This document shows, one piece after another, positions 30,023 to 45,702 of a stretch of 64,000 bases of DNA. The notes below the pieces were generated by a model. The model was not told the DNA's origin. It searched no databases and was given only the letters and a program-made list of their open reading frames with translations. Numbering within the stretch: position 1 is the first letter of the stretch; each line of letters begins with the position of its first letter. The translations under genes were made by a program, and so were the position numbers. The stretch lies in the NCBI RefSeq assembly GCF_009914755.1, contig NC_060930.1, one strand, 5' to 3'. Source of the stretch: the human T2T-CHM13v2.0 reference genome, Homo sapiens.

Positions 30023-30814
30023 TTGTGATGTTAGGGTGTTGATATGTGATCTTCTAGCTTTCTGATGTGGGCATTTAGTGCTATAAATTTCCCTCTTAAC
30101 ACTGCTTTAGCTGTGTCCCGAGATTCCATACATCGTGTCTTTGTTCTCATTGGTTTCAAAGAACTTCTTGATTTCTGCCTTAATTTCATTATTTACCCCA
30201 GAGTCATTCAGGAGCAGGTTGTTCAATTTCCATGTAATTGTGTGGTTTTGAGTGAGTTTCTTAATTCTGAGTTCTAATTTGATTGCACTGTGGTCTGAGA
30301 GACTGTTATGATTTCAGTTCTTTTGCATTTGCTGAGGAGTGTTTTACTTCCAATTATGTGGTCGATTTTAGAATAAGTGCTATGTGGCACTTAGAAGGAT
30401 GTATATTCTGTTGATTTGAGGTGGAGAGTTTTGTAGATATCCATTAGGTCCACTTGATACATAGCTGAGTTCAAGTCCTGAATATCCTTGTTAATTTTCT
30501 GTCTGGTTGATCTGTCTAATATTGACAGTGGGTTGTTAAAGTCTCCCACTATTATTGTGTGGGAATCTAAGTCTCTTTATAGGTCTCTAAAAACTTGTTT
30601 TATAAATCTGGGTGCTCTCGTATTAGGTGCATATATATTTAGGATAGCTAGCTCTTCTCAATGAATTGTTCCTTTTATCATTATGTAATGTCCTTTTTTT
30701 AATTATTTTTGTTGGTTTAAATTCTGTTTTGTCAGAGACTAGGATTGCAACCCTGTGTTTTTTTGCTTTCCATTTGCTTGGCAAATATTCCTCCATCCCT
30801 TTATTTTGAGCCTA
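30023..30814 (-). mobile_element. L1PA internal fragment (ORF2 endonuclease region), no 3'UTR or poly-A
   Basis: Antisense L1 ORF2 5' sequence (gtgggcatttagtgctataaatttccctct...ttaaagtctcccactattattgtgtggg...ccatccctttattttgagccta); direct repeats at 30009-30026 and 30814-30831. Confidence 0.93.
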
Positions 30815-31249
30815 GTGTAGAGGAAGTTTGTTTGATTCGCCAGCAACAGTCAAAAGTACATGAACTGAACAATGTCAATCACCTTTTATCCTAAATTATT
30901 CCTTTGAAGTTTCTTCAAATTGGAAACATAAAATATCTGACTGACCTACAATTTAAAAAATGTATTTAGAAACGTTTATTTAACAAGCAGGTATTGAGTG
31001 GTGTCCTATTAGGTGCATATCCAACTGGAAAGATGTTTAAAAGATATTCCTGTATATCTCTAGTACATAAGCTTTATTCATACCTTACTTCAGGCTCAGC
31101 TCCTAGATTTCTAGAATATATCTAACTTCATTTTTATAAAAGTCATTTGTTTGCCTCATGTAGTATCTTGTGATCATTCTGTTATAAAAATCTTCCACTC
31201 ATGTCTCATTTGCATGAATGTTCTGCTTATGCTACTACGGCAACCTTTA

Positions 31250-31545
31250 TACTATTTTATGATACGGGGTTTCACTCTGTCGCTTAGAGTGGGGTGCAGT
31301 GGTGCAATCATAGCTCATTGTAACTCTGAACTCCTGGGCTCAAGGGATCCTCTTGCCTCAGCCCTCCGAGTTGCTAGGACTACAAGCACTCACCACCACT
31401 CCTGGCTAAGTTACAATTTTTTTTTTTTTGAAATGGAGTCTAGCCATAATACCCAGACTGGTCTTGAAGCCCTGGCCTCAAATGATCCTCCTGTCTCATC
31501 CTTCCAAAGTGCTGGGATTACAGGTGTGAGCCACTGTGCCTGGCC
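31250..31545 (-). mobile_element. AluJo-like
   Basis: gcaatcatagctcattgtaactctgaactcctgggctcaag...; degenerate TSD tac(g/a)gca(a/g)ccttta. Confidence 0.92.
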
Positions 31546-31623
31546 ATACAGCAGCCTTTAATCAACTGCTGATCAGTATCTGTACTAGTTTGTGGCAATA
31601 GTAAGAATCATATTTTTATTAAG

Positions 31624-32040
31624 TGTCTTAGGCCATTTTCTGTTGCTTATAACAGAATACCTAAAACTGGGTAATTTATAAAGAAAAGAGGTTTGTGTCT
31701 TACAGTTATGAAGTCTGAGAGGTCCAAGGTTGAGGGGCTACATCTGGTGACGGTCTTCTTGCTGGTGGGGACTCTGCTGAGTCCCGAGGCATCACATGGT
31801 CCAGCACATGCTAGCTCGGGTCTCTCTTCCTCTTCTTATGAAGTCACCAGCCTCACTCCTGTGATAACTCATTAATCTAGTAACCCATAATTTACTAATC
31901 CATTAATGGATTAATTTACTTAAGTGGGCAGAGCTCTCATGACCCAATCACCTCTTAAAGGCCCCACTTCTCAATACTACCGTATTGAGGATCAAGTTTC
32001 AACATGAGTTTTGGAGGGAACAGATATTCAAGCCACAGCA
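31624..32040 (-). mobile_element. MaLR solo LTR (MSTC-like)
   Basis: TG...CA termini, 5-bp TSD ttaag, ctgggtaatttataaagaaaag, atgacccaatcacctcttaaaggcccc. Confidence 0.9.
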
Positions 32041-32062
32041 TTAAGTCTCCTGATGATCTGGG

Positions 32063-32200
32063 TAGGGGTGGTAAACTCAAATGCCTTTACTGGCCAGGAG
32101 GGCAATGTAAAATGTGAAATAAGGAAATAATAGGAAATGATCAGCCTTCGGCAAACTGGGGAATATATGCTCTGCCTAAAGACATTCAAATTCATTTAAG
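32063..32200 (+). mobile_element. MER102-like hAT relic, 5' part
   Basis: aggggtggtaaactcaaatgcctttactggccagg...ggcaaactggggaatatatgc. Confidence 0.55.
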
Positions 32201-34847
32201 AACATGGTGCTAGCTAGATAGAACATATCTGTGAGTATTTTTGTTTATTTGTGGATTTTGGTTTTCTTTCTTAACATTTTGCACAATGACAAGACTATAT
32301 ATAGACCTCTCCCTTTTTAAAACACAAATACACAGATTTGTGGTCTGTGGCTTACTTTTAACTATGATAAAAATAAGTACTTTAAAATGTTTTCTGATGA
32401 GAGTGCTGTTAACTAAAATAATAAAAATACAAATAGCTGAAAACCAATTTTTATGGCCAGATTGTCCTGTGAGAGCCACATGGCATATTGAATTCCCAAA
32501 ACTGTTATAATTGTATTGTTCTTTTTTATTATGAATTAATTTCTTGAGAGCTCTTGTGGGCAAATTTTTACTCTGTGTGTTTACTAGGAGTCATTAGAGT
32601 GTTTGTTTTCTATAGTGCTAACTACAAAGTCAACCCAACACTCTTCTAAATTCAGCCCAAATTCAGAGGGAATGCTCAGTTTACCACCACAGAGGAGCCG
32701 AAAAAATAATGGGAAAGGACAGCAGACAATTTAAACAAATTTTACAAACACAATTTAGCATAGACACAGAACAGGAAGAGAAAATCAAGACTGACTAATC
32801 AATAGTGGACTTGGTTGCGCCTTGAAGTATTGAATCAGGAAATTATTAATTCCTACGTCTTCCTCTCACCTTCCTAAAGGTTCAGTGTATACATTGATGT
32901 CTGGAGTAAAATCTACACAAGATGCATTTTCACCACAGCATCTGGTCCTCTGGGAACTCCGTTGCCTGCTTTCTTGAGAGCTTTAAGCTTTTTGTCTGAA
33001 GTATGTTCTGGCAGCCAAAGATGTGTCTGAATTACTTTGTGTTTTTAGGAATCCCACTTTCTCTTCACTCGTAAAGTCTGCAACCTGGTGCGGGGATGTT
33101 GGAAATATGTTTCCTGAGTGCATACGTGTTGTGGGGAGGGCAATGGAACTGTCCGCTTTAGATCCATCTACATTTCAGTTTTCATCCCACCCAGAGACGG
33201 GTTTCTTTTCGTCAGATGGTCTGCAGGTAAAACCACAAACCCTCTGGTGATCAGTGAAATCACATCTTTGTTGTCTTTGCCTGGTGAATGAGGTAGCTAT
33301 GAGATTGCTGTTCTTTTGTAAATAGAATACTAAATGAAGTGAGTATAAAAAGGAAAAACCCATACAGTTTTTAAGGGCAAATGTACTCATTTGAAAAGTA
33401 CTTTGGATTTATTACACTATTGTTGGCATCAAATCCAGTTGCTTTGTTATATTAAAAACATCTTTTTTTAAAAAAAGTCAACCATTTTAAGAGAGGCGTG
33501 AAGAGCCTAATGTGTCTCTCAGAAAAGCTTCTTCCTTTTCTGAACTAAAACCAAATATGTTACATAATGTGAATAAGATCAAACCACAATCAGTGGCCTT
33601 CCTCCTCCAAATGGAGGTGATATCTAAAATCATATGGCCTAAATACATTATCTTCAGTGTCTTAGGATCACGGGGAAGACCATAGCCATAATGATTAAAG
33701 TTTTCCAAAGGATATTTCATAAATCCTTATAGAGACACTTACTTTTGGATTTCAATACCAGACTGTGGGAGGTTACTCATGGGTCAGTATTTCTTTCTTT
33801 CCTTCTCAAACGGTGCATTCCATTTTTTCAGAGTATCTAGACTATGCTACAGAAGTTTATTGCAAGCATGGCCCATCAACTTCACACTGATTAATATGTA
33901 AACCTGGATATTTAATGAGCCTTTATGACTCTTTCAATTACAAATTACTTTTCTAATCATTTGAGGGAACCCTCAAATGGCATTTGTTCAAAGGCATATA
34001 TGTTCTTAGAGTGGGAAGCTGGTTCGTATACTGCTACACAGCACCATTCTCTCAATACAATACCATGAATAGTGTGATATGCAGATATTTGTTTGTGGTG
34101 CTTGTTACTATCATATATATTAAGCTATAACCTGTATTTGAAAGGCTTGTATGTAAACCACTTATTCTGATAGAAGAGAGACTTTATATCTCTCAAAGTA
34201 CTTGAGCAAACCAGGAAATAATGCTCTATTAAAATAAAAAAAAATTCATTCCATATTTGATGATAGGATTGAAAATCTTCATTCACATATCACTTTTATT
34301 CAGCCATTTGTATAAAATTACTGGAGTGAATCATCAGCTTAGACTTAACTTAATAATTTTTTACCTAGCACATCACTTATCCAGTTTGAACCTCATACAT
34401 ACGAAGAAACTTGGGCTCAAATAAGTGATGTCTTTTAAGGTCATTGACAGTAATAGAAATGGGATTGAAGTGCCTTATGTCTGACTCCACAGCCCATGGG
34501 CTAGTCCTTAGAACAGTGGTTTCAATGACTCACAGCAAGAAACAGACACATAGATACTCATATTTGAATTACAAGTTTCACAATATGAGGCTTATCCTTA
34601 TTTGTAAAACACTTCTATTTCTAAATTATGTGTGTATGTATGCATGTGTGTTAAAGTTGGCCACAGACCACATTTAAATAGGTTTAACAACCACCAATGG
34701 ATCGCAATTTACAAATGAGCTAGAAGCCACATTTTGAAAAATGATACCACACAGCCCTTCTTTGCCGGGTCCTTCATTGCTTGCAACCTGCATAGTCACA
34801 CAGGGCTCAATGCTTAGAAGGACCTCATGCTTGGTTTAATGCTCTGA

Positions 34848-35104
<257 letters not shown>

Positions 35105-35626
35105 AGAAATTCTTAATAATTTTATCTTTCAACTTGTGGAAGTAAAGTCCAATAGTACAGTGGAACATGTATGTGAGCAGAGATAAACTTAACATGCATG
35201 CCTGCTATTCCTTGCCACCCATTCACATAACTGCATTCATGATGCCCCACTAGCACAGAATTCTGGAAGACCTGCAGTGTGTGGGAATGCAGGGAGACTC
35301 AGTGAGTACAAGCTAAGTGTGTAATGTCTATGTGAGTGAGAGTGGGTCCTGATACTGTTGAAAGGCCATGCTTTTCATCAGAATCAGAACTTGTTTCCAG
35401 TGCAAAATAAGGCAATGCCATTCTAGGCACCATGTATTACCAAGTGGCCTTCTCATATCCTTTCTTACTCATAATACTTCCCTGTATTAGCCAACCACTT
35501 GTGTGGAAAATGATGACATGGAAGGAAAGGGGAAGATAGGTCAGCCTAGATTTCCTTTTCCTTTCAGTCCTTCCTTAATCATCACTCAGCCAAAGATAGA
35601 GTGTTGGTAGAAAGTGTGTATATTGT

Positions 35627-35932
<306 letters not shown>

Positions 35933-36348
35933 AGGTTATGTGCATCCACAGATATAATAAAAAGGGTTGAGTTAGTTTTGTGCAGCATCTCCATGGTTCT
36001 GGTAAGAATAAAACATGTAGGCATGTATTTGTTATGAAATACAAATTGTGTAATTTTGGTGGTTCTGCATATGAGTTAAATACTGTTATATTTGTATTTA
36101 AAACTGGCATTGCACAATATAAATATAAATGGCCAAATTCTTGCAAAGGGCTTAAAATTTAAATTTCCTTTTTTTAAAGAATGACATTAAATAACAAAGA
36201 AAAAAATCGTGATAAGTTAAGAGAGGGAGACCATCAAAGAAAGCAAGCTTCTCAGTACTTTTAATGACACAATTTTCCTGGTTTTTGAATGAATATGGAG
36301 GGCAGTATTTTCATTTTGCACTAGGTCCTGCAACTTATGTAGGTGCCA

Positions 36349-36824
36349 ATAGTGGGTTGAATGGCGGTCCCCTAGGTGTTATGTCCATGTCCTAATCCCC
36401 AGAACACGTGAATATTTAATACCTTATAAAACAAAAAAGGAATATGGCAAAATATATGATTAAATTAAGGATCTTGAGATGATGGATCTATACTGGATTA
36501 TCTAGGTAGGCCCTAAATGCCATCATATGTATCCTTATGAGACAGACACACAGAAGAGAAGACACAGAGAAAAGGAGGAGGCAATGTGACCATGGAGGCA
36601 GAAATTGGAATGATGTGGCCACAAGCCAAGGAATGCCTGGGGACACCAGAAGTTGGAAAAGATAAGGAACAGAATCTCTTCTAGAGCCTCTGAAGGGAAC
36701 ATGGCCCTGTAGAACTCTTAATTTCAGACTTCTTGCCTCTAGAACGGTAACAGAATAAATTTCTGTTGTGTTAAGCTATCTAGTTTGTGGAAATTTGTTA
36801 CAGCAGCCCTGGGAAGCTAATACA
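36349..36824 (+). mobile_element. MaLR solo LTR (MLT1C-like)
   Basis: gggttgaatggcggtcccc...ccacaagccaaggaatgcc...agaataaatttctgttg...ctaataca. Confidence 0.9.
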
Positions 36825-37570
36825 CTGATTCTTTCTCATTCTTTACTCAAATAAGACATATAGACTGTGCTCTGGAAGGCTTTACCCATGACACCAACCC
36901 ATTGAGATCTCTTTCTTCTCTAGATGAGGCTGCTCTTCATAATCCCTTACCCTGAAGTTGGTATTCTTAAATAATTTCACACATTAATTCTGCCCCTTTC
37001 TCTTGGCTCTGCACACAAAATTCCTTGGGAATGAAGAGCATACCTCAATGCCCTTTAAACACCCTGGACTGTCATAAACAATGCTAGTTTCATAGAAAAT
37101 GCTCAGTGGATTCCTGTTGATTGGCCACAGACTTGAAATACTGATGAGATGTTTTTAAATCTGAATTTCATTTTCTTCCATTCAACATCTAGAGAATTTA
37201 CACTAGGAAACTAACCTCCCATTCCTACTTGAAATGGATAGAGAAACCCTTAGTGTTGAATCTCAGGCAGATAGAGTTTACTTTAACAAAGGAATTGTTA
37301 TTGGAGGCCTAAAGGTAATTTAAATGGAAAAACTGCTATTGAAGGGGGCCAGTCCCAGGTGGCATGTGCAACAGAGGCCCTTCTGCTCTGTCAGATCTTG
37401 CCCTTATTACACATGATGGGATTTAAGGCTGATGATGGATTAGGACATTTTAGGCTAAGGGCCATTCTACATCCTCTGAACAGCAACTTGAAATAGGGCA
37501 GTCTATATAGCAGATTCGGTATAGAGTCTTAATTAAAGGATATATAGACCTTAATTTAGCTCCATTTTAA

Positions 37571-39306
<1,736 letters not shown>

Positions 39307-39810
39307 CAGTATAGTGCTTTTTGAATAGGTATGTAGCCTTTTGAGTTTGGCTTCCTTTGCTGAGCATAGTATACTTGACATTCACCCATATTCTTATGAG
39401 TATCAGTTGTTTGTTTCTTTTTACTGCTGAGCTGTATTCCATTCTGTGGATAGACCTCAGTTTATCCATTAACCAGTTGACGTACATTCGGGTTGTTTCC
39501 AGTTATTGTTGATTTTGAATAAAGCCACTATAAACATGTGCATATCAATTTTTGTGTGAACATAAGTTTTCCTCTCTCTATGGTAAATACTTACGAGTGG
39601 GATTGTCGGGTCACATGGTAGGTATATATTGAACTTTATAAGAAACTGCCAAACTGTTTTCCAAAGTGACTGTACCATTTTGCATTCCCATTTGTAATGA
39701 ATGAGAATTCTAGTTACTCTTCCTGCCAGCACTTGATATTGTTAGTATTACTAGTTTTATTATTTTTAGCCAATAGATGTGTGTGGTATTTCACTGGGGT
39801 CAAATTTTTC
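39307..39810 (-). mobile_element. Old L1M (L1MB/MC/ME class) fragment, ORF2 end and 3'UTR
   Basis: gtattccattctgtggat...ggttgtttccag...agaaactgccaaactgttttccaaagt; antisense ORF WECKMVQSLWKTVWQFL. Confidence 0.88.
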
Positions 39811-40898
39811 TGTGTATAGAAATATCCACAGTCCTCTGGGAAAAGCTTCCATAACTCCATCAGATTCTCAAAGGTACACGGCCCAGAAGGTAAAGCATCA
39901 TCAAATTCAGAGGCTGGAAAATGAAGGAGTCAGCCAAACACACTGAGAAGACTGGAAAAGAATTGTGAAATGTATAGTCTATAATACCAAGTGAGGAAGA
40001 AAGCCTGTACCATGAACTAAGAATAGGATGCTGTACTTAGCAAGAGGATTCCTGGTGATCTTTGAGAAGCCAGCCATCTCACTGGAGTGGAAGGGAGGAG
40101 AGGTGAAAAAATAGGGGTGTGCTGGGGTGAAGCATAAATGAAAAGTAAATGGAAGCACCACGTGCAGACCGAGGAAGTATCATGATAAAGAATAACCCAA
40201 ATGTCCCTATTTTACTAGAAAAAAATTACTTATAGGAGTCCTCAGCAGAAGAACTTTTGATAATGGTGAGCAATGTTACCGGTATTAACATTATCTATTT
40301 TAAAAATCTGTTTTTACTGGCATTTACTTCAAGTTTCCCTGAGAAGCAAATTCACTTTACCACTGATGCCACTAACTTGGCTGACAAGAAATTTTGGGCA
40401 CATAGAGTGTAATTGTGGCAATGAGATCTTTCCCCAAGTACATGTCCAAGGGTTTTACAACATGCAATAAGTGTGCTGTCAGGAAATTTTACAAGTCAGC
40501 TGATGCGTGCCACAGTGCCACAATCATTACCCTTTCCCGTACAGCATGCTGTCACGCGCAACCTCAGCTAATCTATCTGGGCATTTCTGCCCCACACAAA
40601 AAAGATGATCACACCGAAATAAGAAGGAAATCAGCATGTGGTCAGTAAGGATTCACCAATCTCTTTAGCCCCTGCCTGGATTACAAGAAAAGCTGCGGAA
40701 GGAAAAGAGACAATATTTTGGTAAACTTTGACATGTGCACACAGAGAATGCTTTTCTTAGTCATGATGTAGAATTTGAATATAAGGATGATCCATTCCTG
40801 GCTCTTTCTCTCTCTCTGCTCTTTGAATACATTGTAGAAACCAGGAAGCAGAAAAGAGAGATTGTACCACTTTCCCTATCACTTCTTCTCTATCAGAT

Positions 40899-40937
40899 AC
40901 ACACACACACACACACACACACCGCACACACACACAC
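40899..40937. repeat. Interrupted (CA)n microsatellite
   Basis: (AC)~12 cgc (AC)~6. Confidence 0.9.
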
Positions 40938-41149
40938 CCTGCATCCATATTTTGATTCCTGCTAGTTCAATGTCTTATCCTCCACTGTTTTGAATAAGGT
41001 CATCACATTAATGCAGTTTAGAAGACTGAAAATGTCATCTTACTTCCTCCCCTTTACTTGTCTTAGATACTAGATTCACAATTACACCTGAACGTGTTAC
41101 CTATCAATGCTATGCCCTAGACCACTTCACAAAATAAGTTGTTGCAGCA

Positions 41150-41375
41150 ACTGTGGTCCTAGGAAAAGAATGTAGACTACGGAGTCAAAAGAGATGGGTT
41201 TGAGTCATAGCTCTTTCACTTTCTAGCCATGTGACTATGAACAAGTTACTAATTCTTCTGTTGTCTCAGAGTTTTCATCAATAAGATGGAAAAAAATAGC
41301 TCCTAATTCATACTTTACTTTGCATTGGGCATTCGAACAAGGTCGTGAAAGAACTGTAGAGTTTGACAATTACTG
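41150..41375 (+). mobile_element. MIR SINE
   Basis: ggagtcaaaagagatgggtttgagtcatagctc...tagccatgtgactatgaacaagttact. Confidence 0.8.
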
Positions 41376-44124
41376 GACATTGCTATCCTCGCTCTCTGCA
41401 AATGTGGAGGCCAGTGTGCCCCTGCTAGCATGCTAGGAAGGCTGACGGGCCCTGACCGTCTTGTTTTCACTTTGACCCTTCCTCCCTGGGAGCTGCCATC
41501 ACAGCAGCTCTTGAATGCGAATTCTATCCCCTTCTTCTCCCTGCTGTGCCTTCCTTCCATCTATCTTCTGGAAACGGACTAATTCCCATTGAAAACTGTA
41601 CTTCTTAACTTGGACATCCTTACAGCAGGTGAGATACCATATTTGCTGGGCTCTGTCGCTCTTTCTTTATTAATTATGATTAAGTATAATCTTTGCAAAG
41701 TAGCCCTTTCCCCCACACCATCTGCTATTCCTTTCCCCCATAGCATCTATTTCAGTTAATGAGTGGGATACCCTTCAATGGAGAATTTAGGGAAGCACTG
41801 GTGCATGTGAACCCCCCTGGGCCAGGAGGAGGAGAAGTGGATCCCGCTTTCTGACACATTTCAGGGCAGGTAGTTATTGTCCTGTTATAGACTGTCTTTG
41901 CTCAACACCATTAGTCCACAAATATTCCCAGTCTCTGTTTAAGCAGTTTTAAAAATAAATGTTCTATCTGCATTTACTTGATTATTGAATATGGTTTTTA
42001 AAAAAGATTATGAGAACAAAAAGCCCTTATCATCCAGAGTTTCAGACAAAGCACTGTGTAGTTAGACTCGTAGAAACAGAAAACATGCCAAGGTGCAAGG
42101 TAGATAAGATAAGCTAGCTTATGAGAAGCCAGGACTAAGATAATGTCTACATGAATCACGGTTTTTCTTGCAGAATTGGGGCTACAAATTGCCCTTTGCC
42201 TGTAAGAATATATCCCACTCATACTAATGAGAATGGCATGCTTGGGCCAAGGACAGATGCAGCCCTTTGGGATTTCAAAACTGGGTGAAGACTTTGATAA
42301 TGGTTGAGCAGCAGGTCAATATGTTGATCATCACATGATGGAATTAGAGACTATGATCTCTTCTTGCTTCAAAGTTCTCTAGAGGAATGATATGATTTTT
42401 TTGGTGTGTTCCCTTACCTGCACCATGCCAAAAAATAACGTTCAAAGTAGAAACAAGACAGAATGATTATACATATCAAGGAAATTTGGTCATTTTTGCC
42501 TTTCATTAGATAAAATTGGGTGTGTTTTCTTTTAAAAAATAAACATGATTTGATCAACCTTATTTCTATGCATAAAGTCTAGTAGATAAAAGGCATTGGT
42601 AAATAGTCACTGAATGAAATAATGTATGATACTAACTTGTTAACTTGACCTTTCTCCCCAGCTCTTTATTTATAAAATGATTCTTGTGCTATTCCAAATG
42701 CCAATTGGAGGGTAAAGAATGAGCAGGCCCCGAGGGAAACTCCAGAGAAATGGAATTAAAATTCTAACTTATCTCAAATCTTCAGCAAATTCCTTTTCCC
42801 ATTTTATCTACTTGTAAAGTCTCCAAATTGCTCTGCAATTAGATTACTCTAAAGTTAGAATCAACACCAGCATTATTGAGCCTCTTAGAAGTAGTCTATT
42901 TCAGTTCTACTTTTTGCAGAAGGCAAACTGACCCCAGAGAGATGAGTGAGTTGGCCTCTCTTTAGTTATGCATGTTGGGAAGATTTTTATTTTGAATATT
43001 CTTTTTGTTTAATTGAAATGGTGAGTTAATATATTTGCCCATACTCACCACCCAGGAGAAAAGTCCCCAGAGTTTTCAACTTCACATTTGAACAGTTCTG
43101 GGGCAATTTCATTTGCTGGTCAAACTTTGAGGGCTGTTTGTCTGCATGGTGGTCCTTATGGGAGCTGGCTTGTGGGCGCCCCCACAGGTAGTGTATCCCT
43201 CTCCCACCCCAAAAGGCCAACCCTCTCTGGCATGGGCATTGCCAGAAAACAATAGGTTATAGATTGGATAAAAAATTCACAAACATCATTGTAGAACCTG
43301 CTTTCTTGGGAGCAAAGTATCTTCAGGTAGAAAATTTAGATGAGAAAACATCACATATGTGCAATGAAGGTAAATACTGTAGGCCATACATTTTTATCTA
43401 TGGTTGACTTTACGGGATTAGCTTTTTGAACGAGTGCAAGGCACTTTCACAGCTCACCTGAATTTTATTTGAAAAGTCAGCAGAAAGTATACATTTGTTT
43501 CAGAGAAGAGGAGATTCATGGGTAAACAGACACAGAGCTATGAAATGGTTAATACCCAGGCTAAGTATAATCCTGGCCAGTTATTTATGATATGATTCAT
43601 GAATGTCAAATAGAAAGAAAAAGTTCACTTTTAAAACCATTGGCCCAAGGATAAGGTCTTTGAGAATTTCATCCCAAACACTGTTCCCTGACTATTCAGA
43701 TCCTCCTAATGTTGACGGTAGATAACCTCTTGACTTTTTTTTGGCAATATGCCTTGTCTTGTGAACCTGGAGTTAGACAGAAAAAGATAACACCTTCCCT
43801 CCTGTGAACTTTGACAAATGACAAGTTCTGAGTCTACTGGAACCTCTTTACTCTTATCCAGAGAAACCTACTAGTCAGCATGTTCTTTTTAGTTAAATCA
43901 CTCACTTTCTAAGTTCGGCTTAACCTTTGACATAGCATTTTGTTATGGGGCTATGGATTCTTCGTAGGTTTAACAAAGATTATGATACCAATAAGGATTT
44001 TAATCTCATGTGGGCTTGTGAAATTCAGTGATAATGAATATAAACTAATTTGTGATGTGGGGGATGGAGGTGGGATTGAGAGGCAGTTTTTCACATGTGA
44101 AGCTAATATCTCACAGCTACTTTA

Positions 44125-44395
44125 GTGGCACATTTAACACACCATGTGCCTAGGGTGGTATATGTGACCGGATGTGGGCTCTGCAGTCACATGTCCCAGT
44201 GTTCAAATCCTGATGCTGCCCCTTTCTGGCTGGGTTTTCTTTTTGACAAATTATTCAATTTTGTTAAATTCAGTTTTCTCATCAAAATGCAGTTACAATT
44301 CCTATTTCATAGATCTATTGTGATGATTCAAGAATATATAAAAATTCCTACACATAGTGCTTGATAGTGATAGTAGTTCAATACAAGCTACTTTT
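44125..44395 (+). mobile_element. MIR SINE
   Basis: gtgggctctgcagtcac...gttcaaatcctgatgctgcc...cagttttctcatc. Confidence 0.7.
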
Positions 44396-44874
44396 CTAAT
44401 CTCTCCATCTAGTGGCCATCAAACCAGCTTCGGTTATCAGAAGGTCATCATCATTATGTGGTTTTGACTCTACACCGATCCTTGAGTATAAGCCTTAAGA
44501 ATGATATGAGAATAAAGCTCTAATATCCAAAGCTTTAAAATGGGTTAATCATTTATGTTTGCACGATTGTGAAAACTTACAATGCCTTGGTAACCTAAGC
44601 TTCATATCCCTTAGAGGGTACCTTGCTGAAAGCATGCCTTTCTGTCACTGAGAGAGTCAGCTCTTCTTAGCCATTCTTTTCTGTCTCTCCAAAGAGCTGG
44701 GGAAATTTGTTTCATAATCTTCTCTGCCACAAAAAACATCTATAATTGACAGGAGAAATGTTGTTTTCATCAATCCCTGAGCCTTCCTTTCCTCACTGAA
44801 ATGAAATCTATTTGTAGTTTTGGGATTTAAGAGGCAAAGCAGATAAGCAGAGAAGGTAATGGTATTCGTATCAG

Positions 44875-45100
44875 TTGTGATAAAAATGGCTACATTTATG
44901 AAACCACAGATGCCATGTATTTTACATATCTTCGAATCCCGACAACAACTTTAGGAAGAGAATTATATGATCAACTTCATCATGCAGATGAAGAAACTAA
45001 GGCACAAAGAGGCTAACTTGCCCAAGGCTTTCTCTAAGAATGTGGAGGTGGGAATTTACACCCAAGTCACTGAATGAAGAGTCATGAACACAAGTCACCA
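44875..45100 (-). mobile_element. MIR SINE
   Basis: gacaacaactttagg...cagatgaagaaactaaggcacaaagaggctaacttgcccaagg. Confidence 0.8.
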
Positions 45101-45702
45101 CACCATTGGGAGACTGATAGCAGTGAATCAAGCCAAGGAATAGTTGTAGTAGAAGCTCACCAATGCATTCCCCTAGTGGACTATTTCCCAGCTGTGGTAT
45201 CCCAGAAATGGTGAGGTGTCCTAGAGATCCTCATTGTTCTTTAATTAAAATGAAGACAGCTGTCTCATCTACATCAACTATCATATCTACATCCCTTACA
45301 CAACTAAAAGAGTAGATTTTGGGAGGATAGTATTTGTATTTGTTAATATCTGGTTACCCTGGAAAGACTGAAGGGTACTTGGGTATCCCCTGGATCTAGC
45401 TCAGGATCTGGCACATGACTTAAATACTAAATGAAAGAAATGATATGTGTGGAATCCTAGTGCTTTCCTGCTTAGTTGGGGAATCTCAGCCTTACTTTGC
45501 ATCCTTCATCTCTTTCTATCACATGTGAAAACCTATGAAAGCCCAAATGGATGGATGAACATATAAGCCTGAATTACACTGGATACAACCTGACATATTT
45601 CCCTCTATTTCAAGCTGAAGACTGACTAGAATGTGAAGAAGTAAGATAAAAATCTAAACTAGATACTGAATGGAAACAAAGGAAAGAAAGGGGAATAAAA
45701 AC

